In this document: piece after piece, positions 11,187 through 21,275 of the stretch
Layout of the letters: each line of letters starts with the position of its first letter
Numbering within the stretch: position 1 is the stretch's first letter
Origin: Trypanosoma brucei
Lineage: Eukaryota
Assembly (NCBI GenBank): GCA_000002445.1
Contig: CM000208.1
Location: 3,488,001-3,552,000, forward strand
Direction of reading: 5' to 3'
Length of the DNA stretch: 64,000 nucleotides
The notes under the pieces: generated by a model
The model's input: the letters and a program-made list of their open reading frames with translations, nothing else
The model's database searches: none
Told to the model about the DNA's origin: nothing
Made by a program: the position numbers and the translations under genes

Positions 11187-13343
11187 CTACTCTACATCCA
11201 AGCCCCATCCCTCGGCAACATTCGTCCCAACTGATTCCTCCCCGTCTCTGCTGCTGTTTCCAGCGTCCAAATCATCGCCGCCGCCACTAGTGCTATCAAC
11301 GTTCTTGGAGAGAGCCCCAAGGGGTGCAGAAACAAGAGGCGTCCGCCACTCTACATTCATTTCTGGGTACTCTTGAGCACGGCGATCACGTAATTTCAAT
11401 TGCTCTAGTTCAAGTACCTCATCACAGCGAAGAAGACCCAATCGCGGAATGAAACGGCTGTTTTCATTCGTAGTTTTATCAGGCATATCCAGCATCGTAC
11501 CACATTTGCAGATACCCTTCGACCACTCTCCAACAAAATACTGCTGCTTCTGCGTATAGCACCACAAGCCCGGACCTTCGCGAAGACCAAGGGCCCAGTA
11601 ACCGTCATACCAGTCCCCGCTTGTTAAACGTAAGATCCCCCTACCGTAGTGCTGATCATCACGGAACTCACCCTTGTAGATATCTCCATTAGCGAAGAAC
11701 AACCTCCCAAACCCATCCCGCTTACCCCCGGACCACCCACCCTCGTAAACATCGCCATTCTCCTCCCACGATATTCCTACACCATCGCGCTTTCCTGCGA
11801 GCCATTCCCCACGATAGACACGTACCCACGGTGACTTCACATCTTTTCGCAACCAGAGTGTTCCCTCGCCTTCACGTAATCCGTTGCGGAACTCACCCCG
11901 GTATTTGCTAAGTTTTTTTAGTAGTTCACCGAAGCCGCCAAACTTCCCGTCCTCCCACTGACCTTCGTATGATTCGGTCTTACGAGGCGTAAGAAAGATC
12001 CGTTTACGCATTCCGTGTGTGTCCACTTTTCCATGGAGGCGTTGGGCTCGAGTCTTGCAACGCTCAATGATGGCCGCCTCGGGATCCACCGCTGGGGATT
12101 TCACGGCCCCACGCCGTGGGTCAAACCCGTGTAATTTCCGATATATTTGCAATAATTTCTCCTCTGCCTCATTCAGGGGACAGCCATTAGCATCCGAGCC
12201 ATACAACTCCGCCACAGCTTCAGCACCGAGTAGCTCCTCTTGCCGGCGCAGCTCTTTCAGCAATAGGCCGCGTTCAGACACAACGACTATCGCCTTCAGG
12301 GCACAGCGCAACCGGCGGAAGTACTGCAAGTTTTCAAGCGTGTCAATTGACTCCTTAAACTGCAATGGATTTGTGCATCCAACAACAAAGGAGGCCTCAA
12401 GTCCAGAGATGAACTGGGACATTAATCGTGAAAACTTACACTCCATGAAAAATGACTGACTACTGCAGATGAGGTCATGGTGACCCTCTGGGGTTGTCGC
12501 CCGCGACCTACGCTTCTCACGGTAATTAATAGAATGAATGACTGCTGCTCGAAGAAGAGTTACACTTACGTTGATACCACAACCCTCCTTCAGCTGATCA
12601 CCTGCAACGCCCTTCAAACCGAGGCAGTCTGTCCCTTTGAGATGTACAAATGTCATTGAGCGTATTACAGTCTTTCCCGAATCCACTTTGGGAGTTGTGG
12701 AAACCATAAGCTGCAGGAAACCATGCCAACGACTCTGCCGTTGCTTGGTGCGACGGACACGATTCCTGTTTCCACGTTCAAGTTGTTCGAGAAAATCCTC
12801 AAATGTTGGCACCCTAACTGCCATCAGATTTGGTATGACGAGACGGTCGAAAGTGTCACGGGTAACCGTATACGCTCTCTCTGATCCATCTTCGTCCAGC
12901 AAGTTGTCCTCCACGGAGTCGCGGTTCATCTCCCAATAACGCAGCACAATATCCGTCTCAAATTCCCCCGCAACAGCCCCGAGTCGTTGATAAAGTCCCC
13001 CCACCGTGTCATAAATAAGACCAACAGATTCGTTGTCCCCGAATAAGGTGTGAGTCTTACCTGTAACAGCAAACCCCATGACAACCACGTTGGAGCTGAG
13101 ACCTTGAGCAACCAGATCAATCATCTCCAAGCCTATCGCATGGTATAGCTCCTCCTGCTTTGCAGAGCAGGGGAAGAAATAGTCACAGTCGTACATCAAA
13201 CCTTCTGTGGCATCGGGAGAGTAGGCAAAAAGTTTTCCCTCGCTCTGCCTGACGTGTAATTTCACGCCAAGTATATCCTCTTCCGCAATGGGCCGCTCCC
13301 GCACAGCGATACGGACCCGGTCGAACGAACTGGAATTCTCCAT
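11187..13343 (-). CDS. kinesin-like protein with a degenerate motor (P-loop GFAVTGKTHTLFG) and C-terminal MORN repeats
   Basis: The N-terminus RVRIAVRERPI matches the kinesin motor start. A P-loop-like VVVMGFAVTGKTHTLFG replaces the canonical GQTGSGKT. The C-terminus carries about six YEGxWxxGKxxGxG MORN-type repeats. The ORF-track start at 13490 is GTG. The first ATG (MENSSS) is at 13343. Confidence 0.6.
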   Translation of the reverse strand: MENSSSFDRVRIAVRERPIAEEDILGVKLHVRQSEGKLFAYSPDATEGLMYDCDYFFPCSAKQEELYHAIGLEMIDLVAQGLSSNVVVMGFAVTGKTHTLFGDNESVGLIYDTVGGLYQRLGAVAGEFETDIVLRYWEMNRDSVEDNLLDEDGSERAYTVTRDTFDRLVIPNLMAVRVPTFEDFLEQLERGNRNRVRRTKQRQSRWHGFLQLMVSTTPKVDSGKTVIRSMTFVHLKGTDCLGLKGVAGDQLKEGCGINVSVTLLRAAVIHSINYREKRRSRATTPEGHHDLICSSQSFFMECKFSRLMSQFISGLEASFVVGCTNPLQFKESIDTLENLQYFRRLRCALKAIVVVSERGLLLKELRRQEELLGAEAVAELYGSDANGCPLNEAEEKLLQIYRKLHGFDPRRGAVKSPAVDPEAAIIERCKTRAQRLHGKVDTHGMRKRIFLTPRKTESYEGQWEDGKFGGFGELLKKLSKYRGEFRNGLREGEGTLWLRKDVKSPWVRVYRGEWLAGKRDGVGISWEENGDVYEGGWSGGKRDGFGRLFFANGDIYKGEFRDDQHYGRGILRLTSGDWYDGYWALGLREGPGLWCYTQKQQYFVGEWSKGICKCGTMLDMPDKTTNENSRFIPRLGLLRCDEVLELEQLKLRDRRAQEYPEMNVEWRTPLVSAPLGALSKNVDSTSGGGDDLDAGNSSRDGEESVGTNVAEGWGLDVE

Positions 13344-13674
13344 ATAGTAACGACCCAATGTGCCTCCTTCCAAATTTGATATAACTAAAATGAGCTTGAT
13401 GCCCACGCAGACAGCGAGAAAGGTAGTTAACAATTTTAAAAGAAAAAGACGGAGAAGAAGAGAGAAATTACCTGTTGAAAAACGTTTCACTCTTTTTCGG
13501 TAGTGTGCGGAAGCTCATGTCGCCTCTTTGTCTTCACAAGAGCCTGTGAAACAAAAGGGCCTCATTGAAGGAAAAAAAAACCGAATTCCTCTGTGCATTA
13601 GCAAAAACAAGCAATAATAACAGAAGAGAAATTAATTCAAAGAAAAATAATTGAAACCACCGTTGACCGCCGAT

Positions 13675-14175
13675 TTACTTCTTCGGCTTGCTCTTGGGGA
13701 CGGGCACACGCTCCTGGGGCTGCGTCATAAAAAGTTGCACGTGGCACGGACTGCGCATGTACGGTGTGATACGACCATGTGCACGGAACGTACGGCGACG
13801 CACGCGAGGGGCCTGATCCACCTGAACGTGTTTAATGACCATTTTGCCGGGGTCAAGCCCCTTCTCGATGGCGTTCGCCTCGGCGTTCTTCAACAGCGAC
13901 AGCATTGCCACAACGGACTTGCGCGGCCAGCGTCCCTTCGTCTGCCCCCATTCCTTCGCTTGTGCTGTGTTACCAATCTTTCCATTGTAGCGCTTGAAGG
14001 GAATGCAGCGGGTTTTGGCCAGGACTTGACGGTACAGCTGCTGCGCTTTGCGGAGCTTCATACCGTTGATCACATTAGCCGTCTCGAAGGTATTCTTGTA
14101 GTGGCACCGGAGGTCGGCGATCTTCGCCTTGGCCGTCTTCGAGGAAACCTGTGGCTTGCGGGAGTAATGCACCAT
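13675..14175 (-). CDS. RPL17: 60S ribosomal protein L17 (uL22)
   Basis: 166 aa. MVHYSRKP...KNTFETA...RYNGKIGNTAQAKEWGQTKGRWPRKS...RRRTFRAHGRITPYMRSPCHV is colinear with eukaryotic RPL17. ATG at 14173-14175. Confidence 0.9.
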   Translation of the reverse strand: MVHYSRKPQVSSKTAKAKIADLRCHYKNTFETANVINGMKLRKAQQLYRQVLAKTRCIPFKRYNGKIGNTAQAKEWGQTKGRWPRKSVVAMLSLLKNAEANAIEKGLDPGKMVIKHVQVDQAPRVRRRTFRAHGRITPYMRSPCHVQLFMTQPQERVPVPKSKPKK

Positions 14176-14512
14176 GGCTTGGCGGTAAAGTTCCTATTAT
14201 ATATATATATATATTGGTGTGGCAGTGGAGAAGCGCGGTGCAAAACAGAGCAAAATCGGACAACGAGTATACGAGCAAATAAGAAACAGTGAAAACAAGC
14301 AGAAGCACAGGAATAGAGATCACAAAAAGAGGCACAAAAAATCCACTGCAGCAGAAAATTGGCAGAGCTATGCAAGGGAAAAAAAAAATGCCATCTACAA
14401 CTTACGAGGCGGCCTGCTGTATACAAACGACTGTCAAGGGCATGATGTCCAATCCCACCCACTGAATCCGGTATATTAGTTTGTATCAGATATGTATAAT
14501 ATATATATATAC

Positions 14513-15448
14513 TTACTTTCCCGCCTTACAACCTGCAATAATAGATTTCACGCGCGGAATGACTCTCGCGGCGATCGGTTGCAACCGTGGAACAAGACGT
14601 GGGGCCAGCACCACGGTGACAGCCACCTCCAAAGGCACAAGAAGCTTGTTCAGTAGAATTGAAAGAGCCAAAGCAGTCCAAAATGAGGGATATTTCTTCT
14701 CTCCCTTCCCGTTGCCGCTATCCACATCTGTAGATGGTGCCTCGGAAGTACCGTCCTCTTTTCCAACTTTGAACCCGTACGACCGAGCGTAAGCAACAAC
14801 GTCGATGTGAAGAAAGTACAAGGTAAAGAAAATAATAGCCAATAAAATGTTGTGAACGATGAGGTAAAGGAGCAAACCACCCGCGCCGTAAGCGGCCAGT
14901 TTATGTTTTAAACCAGAAACCCCGTGCGGCGACGGCCCCGATGGCGGAGGAGGATTAACGTCCGGTGGAAAACCGCTACACGAGGACGAGGATGAACCGA
15001 AGCCATCCGTATTCCCTACTATTCCGTTGGTCTTCACACCTAGGGAACCACTGTTTCTAAAAACACGATTCGCTTCGTCAACGAAAAGTTTTTGGCGTCG
15101 GTGATACGTTGGGAAGCGGGTCGTGAACCCCTCAGGGACTTCGAACGTTGTTACATTGGTTACAAGATGATGGTAGTACGGCTTACGGTACTGCAATGAA
15201 AAATATTCACGCCAAACTACACACGGATCGTCATAATGGGGAATCTCATTGCTTGTTATTGTAGCAGCAAACATCGGGCAAGGACGAGCCACACACATCG
15301 CGGCTCTAACCGCCGGTAGGACAACGCCTCTTCCAACAGCATGCTGATCCTTCACACCGTTCGACGGCGGGGCTACGCCGCTTGCCGCGTCATGTGCAAG
15401 ATATCGGCATAAACCTACGTTTAACCTCACACAAGCTATCCGCCGCAT
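14513..15448 (-). CDS. hypothetical protein with a WW-like motif (W...YYHHLVTNVTTFEVP) and C-terminal transmembrane helices
   Basis: ORF of about 311 aa. The first ATG is at 15448, while the track start at 15451 is TTG. The protein has a WW-domain-like W-x(n)-YYHH-x-T-x-T-x(3)-P signature, a poly-Ser/Pro linker and two hydrophobic segments (LLLYLIVHNILLAIIFFTLYFL). Confidence 0.45.
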   Translation of the reverse strand: MRRIACVRLNVGLCRYLAHDAASGVAPPSNGVKDQHAVGRGVVLPAVRAAMCVARPCPMFAATITSNEIPHYDDPCVVWREYFSLQYRKPYYHHLVTNVTTFEVPEGFTTRFPTYHRRQKLFVDEANRVFRNSGSLGVKTNGIVGNTDGFGSSSSSCSGFPPDVNPPPPSGPSPHGVSGLKHKLAAYGAGGLLLYLIVHNILLAIIFFTLYFLHIDVVAYARSYGFKVGKEDGTSEAPSTDVDSGNGKGEKKYPSFWTALALSILLNKLLVPLEVAVTVVLAPRLVPRLQPIAARVIPRVKSIIAGCKAGK

Positions 15449-15685
15449 CAAGTCCTTCTACGCAGTAATATGGAAGAAGATCTTCAAAAAAAAAATTATG
15501 AAGGGAAAGAGTCACTACAGTAGTCACAAAACGGGTAAACGAAACGAACGAAACAGACATGGAAGCACAGACAAGATGCTTTCCAATCGAAGACCTCCTT
15601 AGCAGAGGGGAGCACGTTGTCAAAAAAAAAGAAAATAACAAAAACAGTTGCCGTCCATCGGGCTTTTGCAGTGAGCACCAATGCT

Positions 15686-16486
15686 TTAAGCAGCCACCAT
15701 CTTCCTTCCCATAGAGAGGAACTCGGAGTGCTCGTCGGTGGGGTCGCGCGACACCTCCGTCTCCGCCCAGAGGTCGGGGGTAAGGAAGCCGTATGTCTTG
15801 CGCAGTGCATAGAATGTGGCCATGATGAAATTACCACGCGTACGCGTCTTACCACATGAGCTAGTATATACGTCCTCAACGCCGGCAAACTCAAGAATCT
15901 TCTTCGGCACAGGCGCAGCAACGATACCAGCACCACGTGGAGCAGGGATCAAGCGAACGGCAACGGAGCCGCACTTCCCGGTTACCTTGATAGGGATTGT
16001 ATGCGGTTCACCGATCTTGTTACCCCAGTAGCCACGGCGCACAGGCACAATACTCAGCTTCGCAGCGATCATTGACGCACGGATGGCCAGGGACACCTCC
16101 TTGCCGACGCGGGCGCCGACACCAATGTGGCCGTTACCGTCACCAACAACATTGAAGGCCTTGAAGCGTGTGCGCTGTCCGGCAGACGTTGCCTTCTGCA
16201 CGGGGAAAACAAGCATCATCTCATCACGGAGGTCGCCTTCGCGGATCAGTTGGTCCACGATCTGATGCTCTTTGATGGGCATCGAGAAGAGGAAGATTTC
16301 CTCCAGCGAGGTGATCTTTTGATCCTTCACAAGGCGGCCAAGTTTTGTGCATGGCACCCATTCCTTCTCATCACCACCACCGCCACGACCGCCACGACCA
16401 CCGCGACCGCCGCGACCGCCACGTCCGCCACGGCCACGACCGAAGCCGCGCTGCTCGCCACCTGTACCGCGTGGTGCGTCAGCCAT
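15686..16486 (-). CDS. RPS2: 40S ribosomal protein S2 (uS5), copy 1, with an N-terminal RGG box
   Basis: 266 aa. GRGGRGG N-terminal repeats, then [14 protein letters not shown]...[29 protein letters not shown]...[16 protein letters not shown], which is diagnostic of S2/uS5. ATG at 16484-16486. Confidence 0.92.
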   Translation of the reverse strand: MADAPRGTGGEQRGFGRGRGGRGGRGGRGGRGGRGGGGDEKEWVPCTKLGRLVKDQKITSLEEIFLFSMPIKEHQIVDQLIREGDLRDEMMLVFPVQKATSAGQRTRFKAFNVVGDGNGHIGVGARVGKEVSLAIRASMIAAKLSIVPVRRGYWGNKIGEPHTIPIKVTGKCGSVAVRLIPAPRGAGIVAAPVPKKILEFAGVEDVYTSSCGKTRTRGNFIMATFYALRKTYGFLTPDLWAETEVSRDPTDEHSEFLSMGRKMVAA

Positions 16487-16968
16487 TCTCGGTTCAACTA
16501 TGACAGCTTATCGTTTCAAATAACGGAGGAAAAAGCAATAAAAAGAGCAAAGACAAATTTTTTAAAAAAAAAACGAAAGAAGGTGCTGCAGTGATCAAGG
16601 GAAAGGGAACCTCAAAAAGGGAATGAAGTACGCCGACGCCCACAGACAAACATACGTAGTCAAAAATTAATCAGAACGCCTTCTAATCGCAGAGATCGCT
16701 CGGTGAAAGCCACCCGAGTAGCTAGCAGCATGCTAGAAGATATTGTACATCTGTCTCCCCGCGAAAGGGAAAAAAAAACATACAAATAAACATATATACA
16801 CGCTATAATACAGTTCCTTCGACCTCGTCTATTCCCCTGAACTCTATTACCACTACAGTTCCACTCTCTCAATTTTTCCAACACTTAATTTGTGATAATG
16901 AAAAAGTTGGGGAACCCTAACTTCAGGAATATATATGTATGAGTATTTTCACCGGCGTGCCCTCACTC

Positions 16969-19900
16969 CTACACCGTTGCGACTACCTGCGTTAGATGCT
17001 CCATGCGGCGAGCGGTGAGTGTGGCCTCCAGTTGGCCGAGGGCATCCTCGGCATCTACAGCGCCATCGAAGCGCAAAAGCACACCGAGGTCGACAAACAA
17101 CAAACTCTTTATTTGCCGTATAACCTCCGCCAACACCGGAAGGTGCGACTCCATTTCCAGCTTGCGGCTCCACAAGGAGAGTAGCTCTAATCTAGTGGCA
17201 TTGGAACGCAACAACTCAGCGAAATTCAGCAACTCACCCGCAGTAAAAGGGTTGTCAGACACAATAAGTTCCTGCAGAGACGCCAGTACTTCGTCTGGGA
17301 AAGCTTTAGCATCAGCCACTTCGGCATTCTTAATACTAAGAAACCTGAGGCCTGACGGCTTGAGGAACTTAAAGGCTGCCGATACACCCACTGCCCCGAG
17401 AGGTATTTGATCAAGCGACAATCTCTCCAGTGTTCCCTTACACCGAGATAGTAGGCATCCGAGTGCACCACCACCTTCAGCACCACCCAGGTTGTTACGG
17501 GACAACTGTAACTCCCGCAACACAAAGTTGCCTTCCGGGGATGCTCCGGACCACTTCAGAATGTGCTCTGGTCCCAATTCATTGCCATTAAGATGAAGGA
17601 TATCCAAACGGCTGCATAATCTACCCAGTGCCTCGACTTCATCGTCACCCCAACACTGGGAGAGGTCGTTAAAACCTAATAACAGTGTTGTGATATTACC
17701 AGCAGCAACTGCAGACAAAAGTTCAAAAAAACAGGAAGACTTGGAACCCTCTTGGTTGACGTCCGGGCACTCCGATGAATCGGGTAGTCCCTCCCCCAAT
17801 ACCTCCGTACCCGCTTCATGAGACAGCTCGACAAACCCAATGCGATTACCCTCAAGTGAAAGCGAAGTAATCGTCTTGTTGGTACACAAACTCTCAGCCA
17901 GTGCGCGGATGGTTTCCGGGTACATGTCATTGTACGCTAGATCAAGCACCTTAAGCGTGTTATTGCGACGAAGAGCCGCGAAGAGAGAAGAACAACCGGG
18001 CGTAACACCGCTGGGCACATCCACGACACTCGGCGCAACTGCCTCATCCCCATCGCTTGCAACATCTTCAACTACCTTTGCCGCGCGCTTCCTCCCGAAG
18101 ACATTGCGGCGCAAAAGAAGGCACTCTACCGTCTTATTTTCCGCGAGGACGTTTCCGATATGCTTCATTCCGTGGCTTCCAATCTGGCAACTTCCAAGGT
18201 CCAGTACTCGAAGGAAAGGAACGCAGCGTTTTTGTGAAGTAACGGGTATACTCCATTTTCCGAGAACATCCAGAAGCGCCGATATTTCCTCCTCTATGTT
18301 ATTGACATCCCCTTCTCCATCCGGGCTGGGTATGTGCTGATCATCTTCGTGCACCACCGGTTCCTGTTCTTCGTCCCCCCCGTGCTGGTCCTCGTCAAAT
18401 TCCCCACCATAATCACTTGCTGCGCCAAAAGTGGCTGTTTCGTCAATAGCCAAGACGTCTGCACTTGCCCTTGAGTTCCCTGTAATCCACGCCTTAAAGG
18501 TTTGTAACCACAAGAGGTACTCAGATTGCATCCGGTCACGCTCGCGCGACTCCTCAACCAGCGTCCTCTTGTAATCTACTGTCAATTTGTTGAGCAGTCG
18601 GTCCGCATCGTTCGACAAATCCTTTTGGATACGCTCTTCCTCCTCCTCCTCAAGCTGTAACTCGTGCCGTAACGCAGAGGCTAAAGCAACAGCACCTTTA
18701 TTCCCAATGGGGTTGCCACGCAGACGAAGGACCTGTATGTGTGACCACCCGCTCCGGCGCCTGCAGTACTTGTCAATCTCAACACGTTTTTCTTCAGCCA
18801 ATTCCTCACGGATGATGGCGTGCTCCTCCATCAGCAATGAAGCCTCACGTACATATTGATTAGCACAACCCCGGCGTAACTCCCTCTCCTCCTTGTATAA
18901 CCTACGAAATAGGCGGTTGAACTTCCTCTCTAGATGTGGTGGAAGGGGTTTGGGCTTCCCTTCTCCCTCTTCATCCTCCTCCTCTTCTTCTTCCTCCTCC
19001 CCTTCCTCTTCCGCATCCCCGTCAGCCGCGTCCTCCTGCTGCTCCTCATTCCCTTCATCCTCTTCATCCTCCTCGTCGTCATTTTCATTATCCGACCCAT
19101 CTTTCATTAGTGGTGAACCACCTTCCTGTGTGCCATCTTGGTCGGTGCCCTCTTCCTCCACGGGGTCCTCTACTTCCTCGTCATCTTCAAAATCATCCCC
19201 TTCATCCTCTTCTTCATCCTGGCCAATAAAAAAGGAAACGGATTCAAGACCAACACCATCATCCTCCTCGTCCACAACAGCATCTTCCTCCCCATCTTGC
19301 ACATCCTGAGGATAGAGCCGTGTGTCAGACTTCACGAGGGCTTCCAGCAGCTGCTGCGCCGTTATCCCATTGATGTTATTATTATTAAGGTTCAGGTCGA
19401 CAACGAACTTATTAAACTTAATAAATTCGACAAGTTGCGCTAACGCATCGCTGTCATCCTTCGTCAGACCTAAGTCATTGCCTTCAAGATCCAGAACGCG
19501 AATCATCGTATCCTTCAGCATCGGCAGCAGTGACTCAGCAACCCGACCAAACTTTGTGTTGGGCAAACCCAACACCTCAAGCTCCTTTGCTCCATGAAAA
19601 AAATTCTGGAAATCGTCAATTGAAGAACCTTCAACGAACTCACCGGAAACTGTAAGGGAACGAAGATGCCCCAACATACGGTGGTTTGCACATATAACGG
19701 TAAAAATGTCATGAATCGCAACAGTTTTCGCCGGTGCTAACATGAGAGTGACATGTCGCATATTATCCGATGTCCTGTAGTCTTTGGATTGCGCCTCCGT
19801 TCGTACAATGTGATTAAGAAAATCCACTATTTGATCTGAGGGAAGCTGAACATTCGAAAGAGCTTCGGGTGACGGAAACGCATTCCATATGTGTGAGGTA

Positions 19901-20280
19901 TGGTAACCTACAAGTGGCTGACCTCTTGGAGTCGTACAGCGGACCTCATCCTCAACATTCGCAACAAGTGGTTGGGTACCGTTAGAAAAAACGCGCGCGG
20001 CAGAACAACTACTGCATGGCCACCATGCCAAATTAGATCTAGAACATACAATAGACGCGTTGAACCGTAAAATTGAACACTCCACTTCCCGCGCCACCTC
20101 CGCCTCAAGAGCCTTGGCTGCAATGCCGTGTTGGGCCGCGATATCACCCTTTACTTTCGCACTGTTTACCCGTGGAGGAGCAGCAGCAACTCCACTTTCT
20201 GCGGCACAACTCCCCAAATGCAAACTATCAAACTGCACAGCATCGTCGGCGGAGGAAAATGTACACCATGATCGTGACAT
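16969..20280 (-). CDS. leucine-rich-repeat (RNI-like LRR) protein with a long central poly-acidic (D/E) tract
   Basis: About 1103 aa. Repeated LxxLxLxxNxI/LG units (LDLEGNDLG, LDLGSCQIGSHG, LDLAYNDMY, LSLEGNRIG). An acidic run EEEDEGDDFEDDEE...EEEGEEEEEEEEDEEGEG. The real ATG is at 20280. The track adds one GTG codon. Confidence 0.6.
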   Translation of the reverse strand: MSRSWCTFSSADDAVQFDSLHLGSCAAESGVAAAPPRVNSAKVKGDIAAQHGIAAKALEAEVAREVECSILRFNASIVCSRSNLAWWPCSSCSAARVFSNGTQPLVANVEDEVRCTTPRGQPLVGYHTSHIWNAFPSPEALSNVQLPSDQIVDFLNHIVRTEAQSKDYRTSDNMRHVTLMLAPAKTVAIHDIFTVICANHRMLGHLRSLTVSGEFVEGSSIDDFQNFFHGAKELEVLGLPNTKFGRVAESLLPMLKDTMIRVLDLEGNDLGLTKDDSDALAQLVEFIKFNKFVVDLNLNNNNINGITAQQLLEALVKSDTRLYPQDVQDGEEDAVVDEEDDGVGLESVSFFIGQDEEEDEGDDFEDDEEVEDPVEEEGTDQDGTQEGGSPLMKDGSDNENDDEEDEEDEGNEEQQEDAADGDAEEEGEEEEEEEEDEEGEGKPKPLPPHLERKFNRLFRRLYKEERELRRGCANQYVREASLLMEEHAIIREELAEEKRVEIDKYCRRRSGWSHIQVLRLRGNPIGNKGAVALASALRHELQLEEEEEERIQKDLSNDADRLLNKLTVDYKRTLVEESRERDRMQSEYLLWLQTFKAWITGNSRASADVLAIDETATFGAASDYGGEFDEDQHGGDEEQEPVVHEDDQHIPSPDGEGDVNNIEEEISALLDVLGKWSIPVTSQKRCVPFLRVLDLGSCQIGSHGMKHIGNVLAENKTVECLLLRRNVFGRKRAAKVVEDVASDGDEAVAPSVVDVPSGVTPGCSSLFAALRRNNTLKVLDLAYNDMYPETIRALAESLCTNKTITSLSLEGNRIGFVELSHEAGTEVLGEGLPDSSECPDVNQEGSKSSCFFELLSAVAAGNITTLLLGFNDLSQCWGDDEVEALGRLCSRLDILHLNGNELGPEHILKWSGASPEGNFVLRELQLSRNNLGGAEGGGALGCLLSRCKGTLERLSLDQIPLGAVGVSAAFKFLKPSGLRFLSIKNAEVADAKAFPDEVLASLQELIVSDNPFTAGELLNFAELLRSNATRLELLSLWSRKLEMESHLPVLAEVIRQIKSLLFVDLGVLLRFDGAVDAEDALGQLEATLTARRMEHLTQVVATV

Positions 20281-20570
20281 CACAAATATATTTACTCCTA
20301 TCTTACACAGGTAACAATCAGGTCACAACAAGGTAAAAAAGAAAAAGAAAAATAACTAAACTACCAACAAACACACCAAAGTACAAACCGTACATAACTC
20401 TGATTAACATATGCTACGAACCTTCATGCATCACCAAATAAAAAAAATAACAAACAAAAAGACACATTAACCAGAATTTTTAAAAAAAAACAAAAATAAA
20501 AATATACATAAACTAGGATCACCAACAAAAAAAATTATCATACAAAGCAACAACACAACATCTAAACTAT

Positions 20571-20726
20571 TTACCATGAATTAACGACCAACTTAAATAT
20601 TGCCTCCCCTTCGGGATTCTTGTCAGGATGTAACTCGAGCGCCTTCAGTTTGTAAGCCTCTCGTATTCCGTCCTTAGACGCAGTCCTTGGAACCCCCAGG
20701 ATCGCATAATAGTCCGCCTGCTGCAT
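20571..20726 (-). pseudogene. truncated J-domain gene fragment (51 codons) left at the boundary of the 3.1 kb segmental duplication
   Basis: Encodes [51 protein letters not shown]. The first 48 aa are identical to the N-terminus of the DnaJ protein at 35440-36771. Identity ends at the duplication boundary (about 20578) and a stop follows immediately. Confidence 0.75.
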
Positions 20727-21275
20727 ACCGTACTTTTTCCCTTCCCTTTCTCAGCAGTAATAAGGGAGAAGTGCAGTGGTAAAAGAAGTAGAAATAAAAT
20801 AAGAGACAGCGACTTTAAGAAGCAGCAACAGACTCATAGATCCAACAAGACAATCAATAGCGAGCTCGGCAAGCACGTAAGCACCGCCCCCATTTACACA
20901 CAAGAAAAAGGAAACATATACTCCGTTGCTTACACGGTCAAGGGGGAAGGATCATAGGGAAACCAGGCAAGCAAAGCCACAATACGTTTCGCCCCACTAT
21001 CGGCAGGGTAAACCACCACATATTAAAGACGAACAGGAAGACATGGAGACAACACGCCACGCACAGAAGCCACACCCAACGTATATAAGTGCGCGAGTCC
21101 CATCTTCTCACACTAGCCATCTATTACATTCAATACTGCATAGGACAAGGGCGTACAGAGAAAATTCAAGCAACCATTCTGAACCGGTTATCCAACAAAT
21201 AAAAATATGCTGCATTCCCTTAACCATCCACACCACAGCATCCTAAAAGGAATGACGGTAACGCACTACGTATGT

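Noticed and set aside
16127-16594. 155 aa plus-strand ORF overlapping RPS2, with a twin at 32969-33388
   Set aside because: Antisense of a ribosomal protein CDS. It is duplicated only because the CDS is duplicated.
20583-20740. Considered calling 20571-20726 a real small J-domain protein gene
   Set aside because: It is a 48-codon exact copy of the neighbouring paralogue's N-terminus, ending at the duplication breakpoint with an immediate stop. That is the hallmark of a truncated by-product, not an independent gene.
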